Positions 38,121-49,796 of a DNA stretch of 64,000 bases are shown here, piece by piece. The stretch spans positions 31,868,001 to 31,932,000 of the forward strand of contig OZ038379.1 of NCBI GenBank assembly GCA_964036045.1, written 5' to 3'. The stretch's first letter is position 1, and the number at the start of each line of letters is the position of its first letter. The position numbers and the translations under genes are program-made. Source of the DNA: Eutreptiella sp. 'Long Island Sound 2002' (taxonomy: Eukaryota > Protista > Euglenida). The notes beneath the pieces are model-generated. The model ran no database searches. It worked only from the letters and a program-made list of their open reading frames with translations, and had not been told where the DNA came from.

Positions 38121-38624
38121 GAAACAAATTATGTTGCTTCTGCGGGCCGCATGCTGGTATGTGCCACACCAGCGTACAGCTCTGCGCGCAATTAAGGACA
38201 ATTTGGCACCTTTGCGGTTTCCACAAAGGTAGACAAGGTGACCACTAGAATGAGCCAACGACCATCGGCATCCATTTGGGCATCCAACAAATCCACATGC
38301 CCGTTCCGAAACTCACATTCCGGACCAAGCCATCCCGTCCACCGCAACAAGGTCGGATCGCTGCCCATTGTGACAAAAGGCAAAATTTGAAGTGTCACAG
38401 GGATGGCATGTCCTGTCGCAAGCGCCTCCTTAGTGGTACCATAAACCTGTAACGGTGCACCATGAAAAACTAAACGTGCCCACCGAACACATCCTCCCTA
38501 GTTGGGGCACACCCTACATGGTTTGCGGCATGCAACAGCCGTGGGCCACCAATGAGCAAGGGGAGCAATCCAAAGTCCTTCGCGTTTTCAGTGTACTTGG
38601 CACGGTAGCCCCGTTGCTACACTG

Positions 38625-38830
38625 CGGCCTGGGGCGGAAGTGCTACGCCACCCCTGTGTTCCTGCGGGTCTCCTACGGAAGGGGACGAAAATAAAAGTGG
38701 CCCAGACAAGGGCAGAAATGCTACATCACCCCTACGTTCTCGGGGGTCTCCAAACAGAGGGACAAAGGCAAAGGTGGCCCACAAGTGGGCGGAAGTGCTA
38801 CGTATCCCCTACGTTCTCGGGGTTCCCCGA
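38625..38830 (-). repeat. Dispersed minisatellite copy (inverted)
   Basis: gggcggaagtgctac..cacccct..gttctcgggg is the reverse complement of the unit at 51840-51900. Confidence 0.75.
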
Positions 38831-38949
38831 AAAGGGGTTCAAAAATGGCTCGCACCGGGCTCGTGGAAAAAATCGCATAGTGGGGGTCCTTGAGGGCGGT
38901 CCTTCACAAAAAAAAGTTGGTCCTCAAGGACCACCCTGAAAAAAAAGCG

Positions 38950-40692
38950 GACAGAATCAGAATTAGCTGCCTCACCCTTGCCTGCTCGGTGGCCCAAAAG
39001 AGGGCAGAATTTTGATGAGGACACAGTCACGGTCGGTGCCATCTTTCTTGCACTTGTGACCTTCATATGGGTGCTCCCCAAGCATAAGCATCGACCAATT
39101 GCTTCTGGGAAGACAATAACAGCAGAAGACATCTTGGCCGTCTTGCCAAGCAAATTGCCTTTTTGTACATACTCCATTTGTGTGGACGAGGTGGCTGTTG
39201 AGGGGGATATTGTACCATCATTGGTTGGCGGGCATCCCCGGTGCTTTATGGATTTTGCATGGAGCATGTAGGTGTTCTTGAAACCCAAAGTGAAAGTGAT
39301 TTGCTTGCCCTTCGCCGGCTGCTAGAGGCAGGTACCATTCATTGGGCGTCGGTATGTGCCGTTTGGCTCATTGTTCCCTTGCATTGTGAGGTACACAGCG
39401 GAATACCCTTCTTAATGTATGCCTCGTGTAACAAGTGCATATGGCATGACATGCAAGATATGCTCCACCACATATGCACGACGTGGGCCCCATCCAGTGA
39501 GCTATATGCACGTGGGTACTTGTTGTCACCCGGGATAGCTGGTGACCCACGACGGGCTGCTGCACACCGTGGTAGCATGCAACTGTCACAAACAATGGAA
39601 TTGCCGGGTGTTGATTGTAATGTTGCCTGCTGGGGGGGGGGGGGGGTTGGTCCCCCACATCTCTTCAAGAACAACCGGTCACATGGATTGAACCATGGAG
39701 TTTAACTTGAGTGAGGAATGTGAGTTACCCTGGCAACAGTTTGGCCCTTGCAATGGGTCATGTGTTTCAATGTTAAATCTCAAACCCGGCATACAATCCG
39801 AAGGACAAGCAAAATGTTCCCCTTGCAGTTGCATTTTTACAATTTTTCAAACGCATTGATGATGCCGCTTGCAGCCCCGGCGGGCGCGATTTGTCACCTA
39901 CGTTGCGTGCGGCCATCCCCGATGTGTGGTTGACCGGGCAACTGTTTGATCTATTGTTGTCGGGGTATTTTAACCGAACACTTAGTTTGTATTGTGCTAT
40001 GGAAGACTTGTCCACGGGCCATCAATTGATGTTGTAGTCCTTCAATGAATACCAAAAGGATCTCATAGCCGCAAGCTTGTATCTGCGGTGGCAAGTCACT
40101 TTTCAGACCCTCTTTATCACTGCAAAGGTTATGCTGGTCCGCGACCAACGGCATTCATGTACATATGCCAATTGGGGTCGCAACCGGCTGAGAATTTTGT
40201 TTGTTTTTTGGAGTGGCCATTGCTTTGGCAAGGATGCGCAATCATGTGGCGGTGCATTTGCAGAAGGGAGAGGTGGTAACGGACCCAAGGATGCGTGGTG
40301 AGGCTGAACCTTGCGGTTTCTGTGGTCGCACTACAGGCACGTGTACCACAAGTATTGTGCGGAAGAAAATCAGTAGCACATGCCCGTGTGTGGTCCCATT
40401 GAAGCACGCAGTGGCCATGCGCAAACAAGAAAACATGCCCCGTGAATGTCCTATTCCGGGGTGCAGTGCCACCCCGTGTGTTTTGAACATCAAAATTCAT
40501 TTGGCACGTTGCCATCCCACCGTAGCACCAAACACCGTTGATTTGACGGAATGGGTTGTAGTTAACCAGGATGATGAAGAAAAAGGGGGGCAAGCCAAAA
40601 AACTCCCCATGTTGATGAAGCACAAGATCACTTTGAAAGTGGCACAGGCGGTTTACAATGAGGGTGCAGCCTCTCTTGGCCGCTCCGATTGA
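38950..40692 (+). pseudogene. P-element/THAP9-like transposase relic with a C-terminal Cys/His-rich domain
   Basis: In order: SICVDEVAVE (~39182), GFCMEH, IAGDPRRAA, PPHLFKNNRS (~39652), NPKDKQNVPLAV (~39804), then RNHVAVHL..PCGFCG..C..C..H..H. Confidence 0.55.
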
Positions 40693-41065
40693 GAGTGGAA
40701 ACCGGAGGAGGATGCAAGCTCTGCGGAATTTGGGTCTTCCGCAGATCAGGATTCGTTCAGCGGTAACGAGAGTTCCGCATCTTCCGAAGATGGTAATAGC
40801 TCCTCTTCTTCCTCATCTTCCTCCTCTTCTACCTCTTCTTCCGGGGTGGAAGTTGTCCCCAAAAAGAAAGCTGTGCCCTACAAGGGCACAAAGCGGCCCA
40901 TCACCACTCCCAAGCAAAGTGCTAAGCAGCGAAGCACGGTGAAGACGTTAGGGCGGAAGAAGTAGGCGGAGCTACACTCACACACACGACACAATCGGAT
41001 ACCTCCTCCACCCCCTACACCTCCTTGCTCTCCTCCTCCTTCCCTTGTAGTAGCATGCACACTAG

Positions 41066-42276
41066 CTTAGCCCACGCAAATTGCACCCCCTTTTTTTCAC
41101 CTAAGCACCTAGATTTTGTCAACGAAAAAAATAGTTTTTTTTGCCATCTTGAAAATACTGTTTTTCAAACCCTCCCAAAAAATGCATTTTTCATCAGTTT
41201 TGCCCATTTTTTGCTGTTTTTAGGGGGGTCAAATAACTATTCTTTGGTCCAAAATCAGAGGGCTTACCGGTCATTTTCCCCGAAAAAAATTTTGTTGGCT
41301 AATTTGAAGAATACCAATTTTTGGATCGTCTGGAAAACTATTAAAGATGGGCGCTGTTCACACATCCTGTACATGTCCACATGAAAAAATACTTCTTATG
41401 GGAGGCTGAGTGCTCGAGGCCTCGCGCACTCAGCCAGCTGGAGTGAGATTTTTAGGCTTTTTTGAGACCACGTTTTGACATCGGAAGTGGCATGAAGCAA
41501 GGATGGAGCAAAAGCAAAACTGCAAGATTCAATATGGGTTAAAGACTTGCACAGCAGAACACTCAGTGCGCGAGGGCTCGCGCACTCAACATGCTAGAAG
41601 CACGGGTTTTTGAATACCCCTGACTACTTGCATTGTGCCGATAGCCTCCAAAAGGCTTTTTGAGATTCCTCCCTTTTGGAATCCTGTGAAAACAGTGAGC
41701 TCAAGAGTAGCGATTAGACTATCCTCCTCTAGAGCACTTGCGTCATACGTCCTGTGACCTAGCGCTTCTGACAAACTGTTGTACAGCCCCAAAAGATGGG
41801 AGGCTGGGCACCTCATTTGTAGGTAAACTAACTGAAAATCGTGTGTTTAGCAAGGACTGAGGGCAACCCGCCTTTTTAGATCTATTACACCTTACATAGT
41901 GCATGGCGTGTACAAAACGTCCATTGATTGACCACTCTTGCTGCTGACATGACCCGAACGGTACACCATGAGGCACCCATGAAGACATCAGAGCCTCATT
42001 TGGCATGGAATACTGTTTATTCAGGACCATTGGGAAATACACATTCTGCATAATTGAGTGCGCGAGGCCTCGCGCACTCAACATGCCAAAAAAAAAGTTT
42101 TTTCCATACCTCTGACTACTTGCATTCCGCTGATAGCCTAAAAAAATATTTTTGAGATTCCTCCGTTTTTTAATTCTCAGTTTTCAGGTGGAAACACGCG
42201 GAAATTGCGCGTCTTTTTTTTGCACACAAATGCCGCCCTTGAGGTGAAAAACAGGGTGCAGTTTGCGTGGGCTAAG
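41066..42276. mobile_element. Non-autonomous TIR element with 5-bp TSD ACTAG and internal palindromes
   Basis: TIR cttagcccacgcaaa(t/c)tgcaccc..tttttcacct; actag at 41061-41065 and 42277-42281; palindromes at 41404-41435, ~41564-41590 and 42054-42081. Confidence 0.85.
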
Positions 42277-43159
42277 ACTAGGACTGGAAGGCCCACACAA
42301 TGGCACACCATAAGTCCTTATTTTGTTGTATTTTGTACAATTTTCGATGTGCAAGCATGTCCATCACCCCCTTTTGCACCATGGGTCCCCCCCCCCCCTT
42401 AGGGCAGGAAGACCATCAAGTCAAGCAACTCAACCGCCTTGCAGGTTGATGGAGGGGATGAGGTTGAGGTGTGCGCATTGTGCTGCCGGGGTCACAGTTT
42501 GTGGTGAATGGAATGAAAATTCTTGCACAGAGTGTATTGACCCAAGTTTTTAGGTTTAATGCATGTCGCATGTGTTTTGCAAAGAGAATACAAGATTTGG
42601 TCTTGCATTGTGTGCTTTGTGGGGAAGGGTTTAGGGGTGATGCTAGTGTGCTTGGGGGGCTTAGGGAGTTGGGACACTCTGGCCCAAAAGTGGTGTGGGG
42701 GTGTGTGCCACGTAGTATGCTTGTCGTTCGTGTGGAGCTTCTTCACAACGTGCATGCATACATGCACAGTGCAGTTATTGGGTTGACTTTGCAAGAATCA
42801 ACCCCAAACCCTCCCCCGAAACACCACCCAGCTCCACACCTAAGTGATGTGCTCAATGGTGCACAAAAAAATCATGATTTGTGGGGTGTGTTTTGCGTGC
42901 ACATAAAAACACTCTTCTTGTAACATTGGCTAGGGTGATATTGAAGGGCACCTTTGCATGCAGTGTGTGCATAGTGTTGGGCAGTGGCCGTCTTACGTGG
43001 GGGGAATATCTAGAACGGGGGGGGGGGGGGGTTGCAACACGATGCAACCCCACGAACCTTTGACCTACCGTGCGAATCCTAAAGATTTGCGAAAATGATT
43101 ACTTCCTGGCACAAGGTGTTGTTGTCCGCAAAAAAAACGCAAAAAAGTTAATTATTGGC

Positions 43160-43990
43160 TTCATGCCTTACGCAAAAATGGGTTCCGCAAAAAAAACGCA
43201 AAATAGAATAATTTTTGCCCCTGCCCCCCTTTTTGCAAGAATGCCACAAGCGCTGGAGAGTTTGCCCCACTGCTTGTTGCCCCCCTCTTCCGTGTCTCAT
43301 TCCCCCGTTTCTACACCTTGCTTTGCTTTCAGAGAATGATGCATCCGGGGGAGGAACGTTTTGTACACTCCTGGCTACGGGGCAACGGTTCGGCCCAAGG
43401 TGGTGAAAAATCCTGGGAATGGCAAATATGATATCCAGTTCCAACACGATGGCAATGATGTGGTCCGCCTTTCCGTGCCTAGGGCCAAATTGCGAATTGC
43501 ATAGGTGACCTTTTGTGTGTTCATCGTATTTCTCCTTCGCAGCCATGTACAGTGCTGTGGTTTTCTTGTTGTCTTATCCTGCAAACTTTTCTGTGGCATA
43601 TTTTCAGCATTCCATGCACTATTATCGAGACGAAATGACAAGGCAGCATTTTACGTGCCATGCACACTATTATGGACAAGTTTGGAACTGGTTTGTTGAA
43701 AAACTGGTAGACCTGAGTCATGCTTGTTGGTGCTTATCTGTGCTATGGACTGCAATCCCAGAGTCCAATTGATCAACATTTGGTTCCTTTGTAGGAATGG
43801 ACTGTAATCCCGGAGTCCAAGGTACGCACGGTTTCTTGCGGTAGCAACAAAATGAATCAACCCCAATCCCCAAAGCGCAAGGAAAAAAACCCCAAAAAAA
43901 TAATTTTTAGTCCAACACCCTACGCAAAAATGGGTTCCGCAAAAAAAAATCGCAAAAAAAAAGAATTTTTGCCCATTTTTGCCCATTTTG
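43160..43990 (+). repeat. ~60-bp direct repeat pair
   Basis: tacgcaaaaatgggttccgcaaaaaaaa.cgcaaaa..gaat..tttttgccc at ~43168-43225 and ~43921-43980. Confidence 0.7.
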
Positions 43991-44694
43991 CATGCTGCCG
44001 CAAAATTTTTGCTTATGAATTCAAAACATCCAACGCAAAAATTAGGATTCCACGAAACTTTAGGATTTGCACGGTATTTTCACATACCAAGCGGCGAAGG
44101 GCGGTGCATTTGGTGAGAGGAAGTTTTAAGGAGCCTCTTCAGCCATTGGCGAGGCCAGATGATTTAAATACATTGCTATAGCTTGTATGCTTCAAACTAC
44201 AATGCACATTGTGTGCTCTGCACAAATTTATCTGCATTGGATTCCCAATTAAAGTAAATGTGGAGTGACAGGATCATTGGCCATTAGTGCATTTTTGTGC
44301 ATCATTCCACTTCTGTTTCTTTATGGGTGTGAGGCGGTTGGGTTGTTTGGGGCCATTTTGCTTTGTCTTCTCTACTTGTACGGATCTGGTGTCGGTAGGC
44401 CGTGAGATGGTTGGGGTTGCACCCTGCTTTTAGACCCTAGTCCCGGAGCGGCGGCCAAGCCTGGTCCTTGTATGCGACACCCCCAGCCCCCCCCCCCCCC
44501 CCCTTGGTTTTGAAAGATAGTGGTGCCGGGTTGGCCACCAACAAGTGTCCCTAGAGTCCAGCGCCGAAGGCGCCAATTTTTTTTTCATACTATGTTTATA
44601 CTCAAAATACTCAAAATTTTGTAGAGAATTCATATTTGTGTTAAAACAACAAGAAAAAAATTTGACCTGAAGGAGAGCTACCGGAGGGCTACAG

Positions 44695-44737
44695 ACCCTA
44701 ACAGCAACCCTAGCCCTAACCCTAGCCCTAACCCTAA
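44695..44737 (+). repeat. Interstitial telomere-like repeats (CCCTAA/CCCTAG)
   Basis: accctaacagcaaccctagccctaaccctagccctaaccctaa. Confidence 0.75.
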
Positions 44738-47700
44738 TCAAGACTGAATATTGGGACCGAGCTGGTGGGGGAGGGAACATCAGCTATGATTGGTGAGGGA
44801 CATCAAGAATGATTTACACATTGATGGCTCTTGACAAAGTGAAATCAGCTTGCAAGTGAACCCCATCACCACAAGGCCCACTTTCAAGGCTTTTTGGACT
44901 TCTAAAGGGCCACAATGCCCCCAAAATGGGCTCAAAATGGGCTCATTTCACCCGTTTGTGCACCCCAAATGGTCTAGGATGGAGTTTGGAAAAATGCGTT
45001 TTTGACCTATTTTTGACCCATTTTTGGTCCCAAAACAGCCCATTTTCAAGGCATTTTGGGATTTTTGGAGGACCAAAATGGGCCACCACAAGCTCAAAAC
45101 GGTCCAAAAACACTTGTTTTAGCGTCGCACATGGTCTAGGATCATTTTTGAGAAAAGTCATCTTTTTGCCCCTACTGGACCCTGTTGACCCATTTGGGCA
45201 CCCACCTATTTGGGCTTGAGCTTGCAGCTTGCCGCAGCCTAGTGGGCCTAGGTATTGGGGTCTAGGCGTCCGTTTGGGCAATTCTGAGGGGTGGAAACCA
45301 CAAAAAGTGGGGGCTTGTGGGTGGATTAGGTGCCCTCGGAATCGCATTTTGAGCCATGTAGCCAAAGATATAGCCTGTTCTTGGTTTGTGGCTGTTGCCA
45401 GCCAGTCTACACAAAATTTGGGGCTTCTGGGGGCCTTTTTGGGCCGTTTCCGGGACATATGGTGGAGTTAGAGGGCCGCAAAGGGCTCGTTGACACGGGA
45501 AAGTCAAGCCGCACATAGAGTGTACGCACCCTTCTCTTCGTTTGGCCGTTTCGAATGGGTTCTAGGGCTTTTTTGGCCAAAAATGGCTGTTTTTGGCCCT
45601 AAATTGCAGTTTTTGAAACCGAGGTCCGCCACTTGCAACAACTGTTCCCGGCCGCCACCGTTGAGTTTCATGCTCAAACTTTGTGTGGTTGTCCCTCACA
45701 CCCATAGGTATCCTCCACCACAATTTCAACCAAATCGGAAGCACCAAGACAGAGTTATGATTTTTTCCCCATTTCGCGCGTGCTGCTGCTTGCTTGCTGC
45801 TTGCTGCTGCTGCTGCTGTTGCTAAACCTGGTAGGTCCACCCTAGACCCTAAAAAGGGTTGTAAAACCAAGACTGGTTCCACCAGCTCGGTGACCCTAAT
45901 CAAGACTGAATATTGGGACCGAGCTGGTGGGGGAGGGAACATCACCTATGACTGATGAGGGACATCAAGAATGATTCACACATTGATGGCTCTTGACAAA
46001 GTGAAATCAGCTTGCAAGTGAACCCCATCACCACAAGGCCCACTTTCAAGGCTTTTTGGACTTCTAAAGGGCCACAATGCCCCCAAAATGGGCTCAAAAT
46101 GGGCTCATTTCACCCGTTTGTGCACCCCAAATGGTCTAGGATGGAGTTTGGAAAAATGCGTTTTTGACCTATTTTTGACCCATTTTTGGTCCCAAAACAG
46201 CCCATTTTCAAGGCATTTTGGGATTTTTGGAGGACCAAAATGGGCCACCACAAGCTCAAAACGGTCCAAAAACACTTGTTTTAGCGTCGCACATGGTCTA
46301 GGATCATTTTTGAGAAAAGTCATCTTTTTGCCCCTACTGGACCCTGTTGACCCATTTGGGCACCCACCTATTTGGGCTTGAGCTTGCAGCTTGCCGCAGC
46401 CTAGTGGGCCTAGGTATTGGGGTCTAGGCGTCCGTTTGGGCAATTCTGAGGGGTGGAAACCACAAAAAGTGGGGGCTTGTGGGTGGATTAGGTGCCCTCG
46501 GAATCGCATTTTGAGCCATGTAGCCAAAGATATAGCCTGTTCTTGGTTTGTGGCTGTTGCCAGCCAGTCTACACAAAATTTGGGGCTTCTGGGGGCCTTT
46601 TTGGGCCGTTTCCGGGACATATGGTGGAGTTAGAGGGCCGCAAAGGGCTCGTTGACACGGGAAAGTCAAGCCGCACATAGAGTGTACGCACCCTTCTCTT
46701 CGTTTGGCCGTTTCGAATGGGTTCTAGGGCTTTTTTGGCCAAAAATGGCTGTTTTTGGCCCTAAATTGCAGTTTTTGAAACCGAGGTCCGCCACTTGCAA
46801 CAACTGTTCCCGGCCGCCACCGTTGAGTTTCATGCTCAAACTTTGTGTGGTTGTCCCTCACACCCATAGGTATCCTCCACCACAATTTCAACCAAATCGG
46901 AAGCACCAAGACAGAGTTATGATTTTTTCCCCATTTCGCGCGTGTTGCTGCTTGCTTGCTGCTTGCTGCTGCTGCTGCTGTTGCTAAACCTGGTAGGTCC
47001 ACCCTAGACCCTAAAAAGGGTTGTAAAACCAAGACTGGTTCCACCAGCTCGGTGACCCTAATCAAGACTGAATATTGGGACCGAGCTGGTGGGGGAGGGA
47101 ACATCACCTATGACTGATGAGGGACATCAAGAATGATTCACACATTGATGGCTCTTGACAAAGTGAAATCAGCTTGCAAGTGAACCCCATCACCACAAGG
47201 CCCACTTTCAAGGCTTTTTGGACTTCTAAAGGGCCACAATGCCCCCAAAATGGGCTCAAAATGGGCTCATTTCACCCGTTTGTGCACCCCAAATGGTCTA
47301 GGATGGAGTTTGGAAAAATGCGTTTTTGACCTATTTTTGACCCATTTTTGGTCCCAAAACAGCCCATTTTCAAGGCATTTTGGGATTTTTGGAGGACCAA
47401 AATGGGCCACCACAAGCTCAAAACGGTCCAAAAACACTTGTTTTAGCGTCGCACATGGTCTAGGATCATTTTTGAGAAAAGTCATCTTTTTGCCCCTACT
47501 GGACCCTGTTGACCCATTTGGGCACCCACCTATTTGGGCTTGAGCTTGCAGCTTGCCGCAGCCTAGTGGGCCTAGGTATTGGGGTCTAGGCGTCCGTTTG
47601 GGCAATTCTGAGGGGTGGAAACCACAAAAAGTGGGGGCTTGCGGGTGGGTTAGGTGCCCTCGGAATCGCATTTTGAGCCATGTAGCCAAAGATATGGCCT

Positions 47701-47870
47701 ATTCTTGGTCTGTGGCTGTTGGTATTTGCATCTTGTGGGGGCCTTTTTGGGCCGCTTCCGGATCATATCATGGAGCTAGAGGGCCGCAAAGAGCTCGTTG
47801 ACAGGGGAAATCAAGCGGCACGTGCAGTGTACCCACCGTTTCCCTTCGTTTGGCCGTTTTGAATGGGTTC
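44731..47870 (+). repeat. Tandem array, 1162-bp unit, ~2.7 copies
   Basis: accctaatcaagactg at 44731, 45893 and 47055; identical ORF sets recur at +1162; each unit carries a CTG-rich microsatellite. Confidence 0.97.
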
Positions 47871-48365
47871 ATACTTATAACATTAATCATTTCCAAGATT
47901 GTGTTCTTCAACGCTGCCCTTATATGTCTTTAGACATTAAATCATGAGCCTACGAGCTAGTTTCAAAGGCTTTGCAGACATCAAAGTTGCACTGCTCTGA
48001 GACGATTATCTTCCAAGCTTCTGGCCTTGACATGTGGTTTTTTGAGTGGTTGGTGGTTTTCAAGTTGGTTTAGTACAATATCTCAAATGTTGGGCGCTGT
48101 CCGTGAGCCTCCCCACAGTGCAGAGAACCATGACTACAGCACGGAGCATTATGCTACAGACAGACTGTGAAAAGCCATTTTTCGAGGACAATTTGTTCAG
48201 CCTTCCCACGATAACTCCCTTGTGTTTACTTTTTCAATACTGCGCCTGTAACCCGGAGAAATCCTGGGGCTAGTACCCAAGTCTATTGCTCCACTCATCC
48301 ACAGTAAAGCGCTGGTGGGCTATGTGTGTGAAGTTGCACTCTTTGTATGCCTTGTAGCTGCCACT

Positions 48366-49079
48366 ATGAAGCGGCCACGGACCGCCCCTGAGGAATCTCC
48401 GCCACTTAAGCTTCCGCGCACAGCTGCCGTTGCGTGCACTGCTGAGCCAGCTCACCACCATGTGTGCAACCTGACCTTGCACTTCAGTGTGGAGGGGCTC
48501 GCACATGCCTTGGCTGCGGCCGCACCATCCCTTTCAGTGGAGCACACGGCCGTTGTTTGCCGCTACTTCCCGCGCGGCAGCATGGAGCTGCTCCTGCGGC
48601 ACGCCCCCACCATCGTCTCATTCAAATGCGTGTACGGCGACGTGCGCGCCCACTGCGTCACCAATCCCGACTTGAAGCTGCTCTTCAAAGCCCAGGGCCC
48701 GGCATTGGCCGAGCTCGTGCTCACGCCAGTCGATGCGGCTACAGCGAGGCCTCCTCAGATGCAGGGCTGTGGCTACCGCTGGCTTGCAAAGCATTGTACG
48801 GGCCTACGGAGGCTGGAGCTGCCGCTGGCAGGCGACCGGAAGGGCCAGCTCATACCGCGCCTCTGCACCTCAGCCCTCGAGTCGCTGACCCTGCGTGACG
48901 TACCGCAGCACGTGAGTGTCAGTATTTTGGAGGACCTGCTGCGCCGTGCTCCGCGCCTTCGGCTACTGCGGGTTTATGGATGGGTGCACAGCCAATCAGT
49001 GGACGGCCAGCGTGACCTGGAAGCGCGGCTGTGTGCTGCGGCTGCCGCGATGCGCCAACTGGATGTAGAGTTGACTTGA
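48366..49079 (+). CDS. Intronless leucine-rich-repeat (RNI/F-box-LRR-like) protein
   Basis: 237-aa ORF with LRR-like units (HCTGLRRLEL, ALESLTLRD, APRLRLLRV), basic N-terminus MKRPR, GC-rich coding bias, and a pyrimidine tract plus AG just upstream. Confidence 0.65.
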   Translation: MKRPRTAPEESPPLKLPRTAAVACTAEPAHHHVCNLTLHFSVEGLAHALAAAAPSLSVEHTAVVCRYFPRGSMELLLRHAPTIVSFKCVYGDVRAHCVTNPDLKLLFKAQGPALAELVLTPVDAATARPPQMQGCGYRWLAKHCTGLRRLELPLAGDRKGQLIPRLCTSALESLTLRDVPQHVSVSILEDLLRRAPRLRLLRVYGWVHSQSVDGQRDLEARLCAAAAAMRQLDVELT

Positions 49080-49796
49080 TACCGAGATTTCCATATGATG
49101 GCCTTTGGGGTTGCTGTTACTTGACTTGCCTGAGCCTGCTGCACAATGTCTGTTCACAGACATTGTTGGGTGTCCTCCTTTGCAGCTGCATCCAGTAAGA
49201 GTGGAATGCTGCTGTGCAAGGAAGGCTCTGAATCCCAGAAATTATGCTGCACACTCAACAGCGACAGGACCTGTTAAGGCTCTTGACGGTCTTTTTGGAG
49301 GAGGGACGCTGGGTGCGTCGGGGCGTGCGTGTGTATGTGTGAGCGTGCGGTGCAATGACCGCTTCTCAAGGGCATTGCAGCCGCGCTTCTTGATTTTCAT
49401 TACAACCATTCAAATCGGCGGTTCCTGAGGATGATGACCTGTTTTTGAACTGATCCTGTCACTAGAGCGCCAAAACCCGAGCAAGATGACTGTCGCGGCT
49501 TCGACAAACAACAGTCAGGCAGAGCCTGGTGGCAAGACAGACGTTGTGTCTCAGACCGAGATGCCGCTTGAACATGAGCCTTTGTGTTGCGAGGTAGCAC
49601 CGGCACTGTTCTTCCTTGGGATCTTTGTGGCCGGAGCCTTGTGCTCCGGTGCGGCGCTCTTCCGGACTCTCACCACCATTCTTAGTCTGGCCATTGCTTG
49701 TTGGTCTCAGCTGATGGCGGCTACGTACCCCAAGGTGAGCGAAAAGTCATTGTGGCAAATTTGGTGTGTGCTGCCGCAAAAAACACTAGCCGCTGG

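Noticed and set aside
41120-41136. Euglenid spliced-leader 3' end on the - strand (ctatttttttcg)
   Set aside because: Only ~12 nt match in an A/T-run-rich region; the rest of the leader is absent.
42470-43780. KDZ/CxC-type Cys-rich transposon domains
   Set aside because: Cys/His-rich fragments are present, but no diagnostic KDZ motifs could be placed in order.
45945-46015. Hammerhead ribozyme in the 1162-bp satellite (ctgatga ... gaaa)
   Set aside because: The stem after CUGAUGA closes ~10 nt before GAAA, no stems I/III were found, and the core is mutated in unit 1. An Infernal search would settle it.
44926-47801. Repeated ORFs within the 1162-bp units
   Set aside because: Short, overlapping on both strands, homopolymer-derived composition; recurrence is explained by the DNA repeat.
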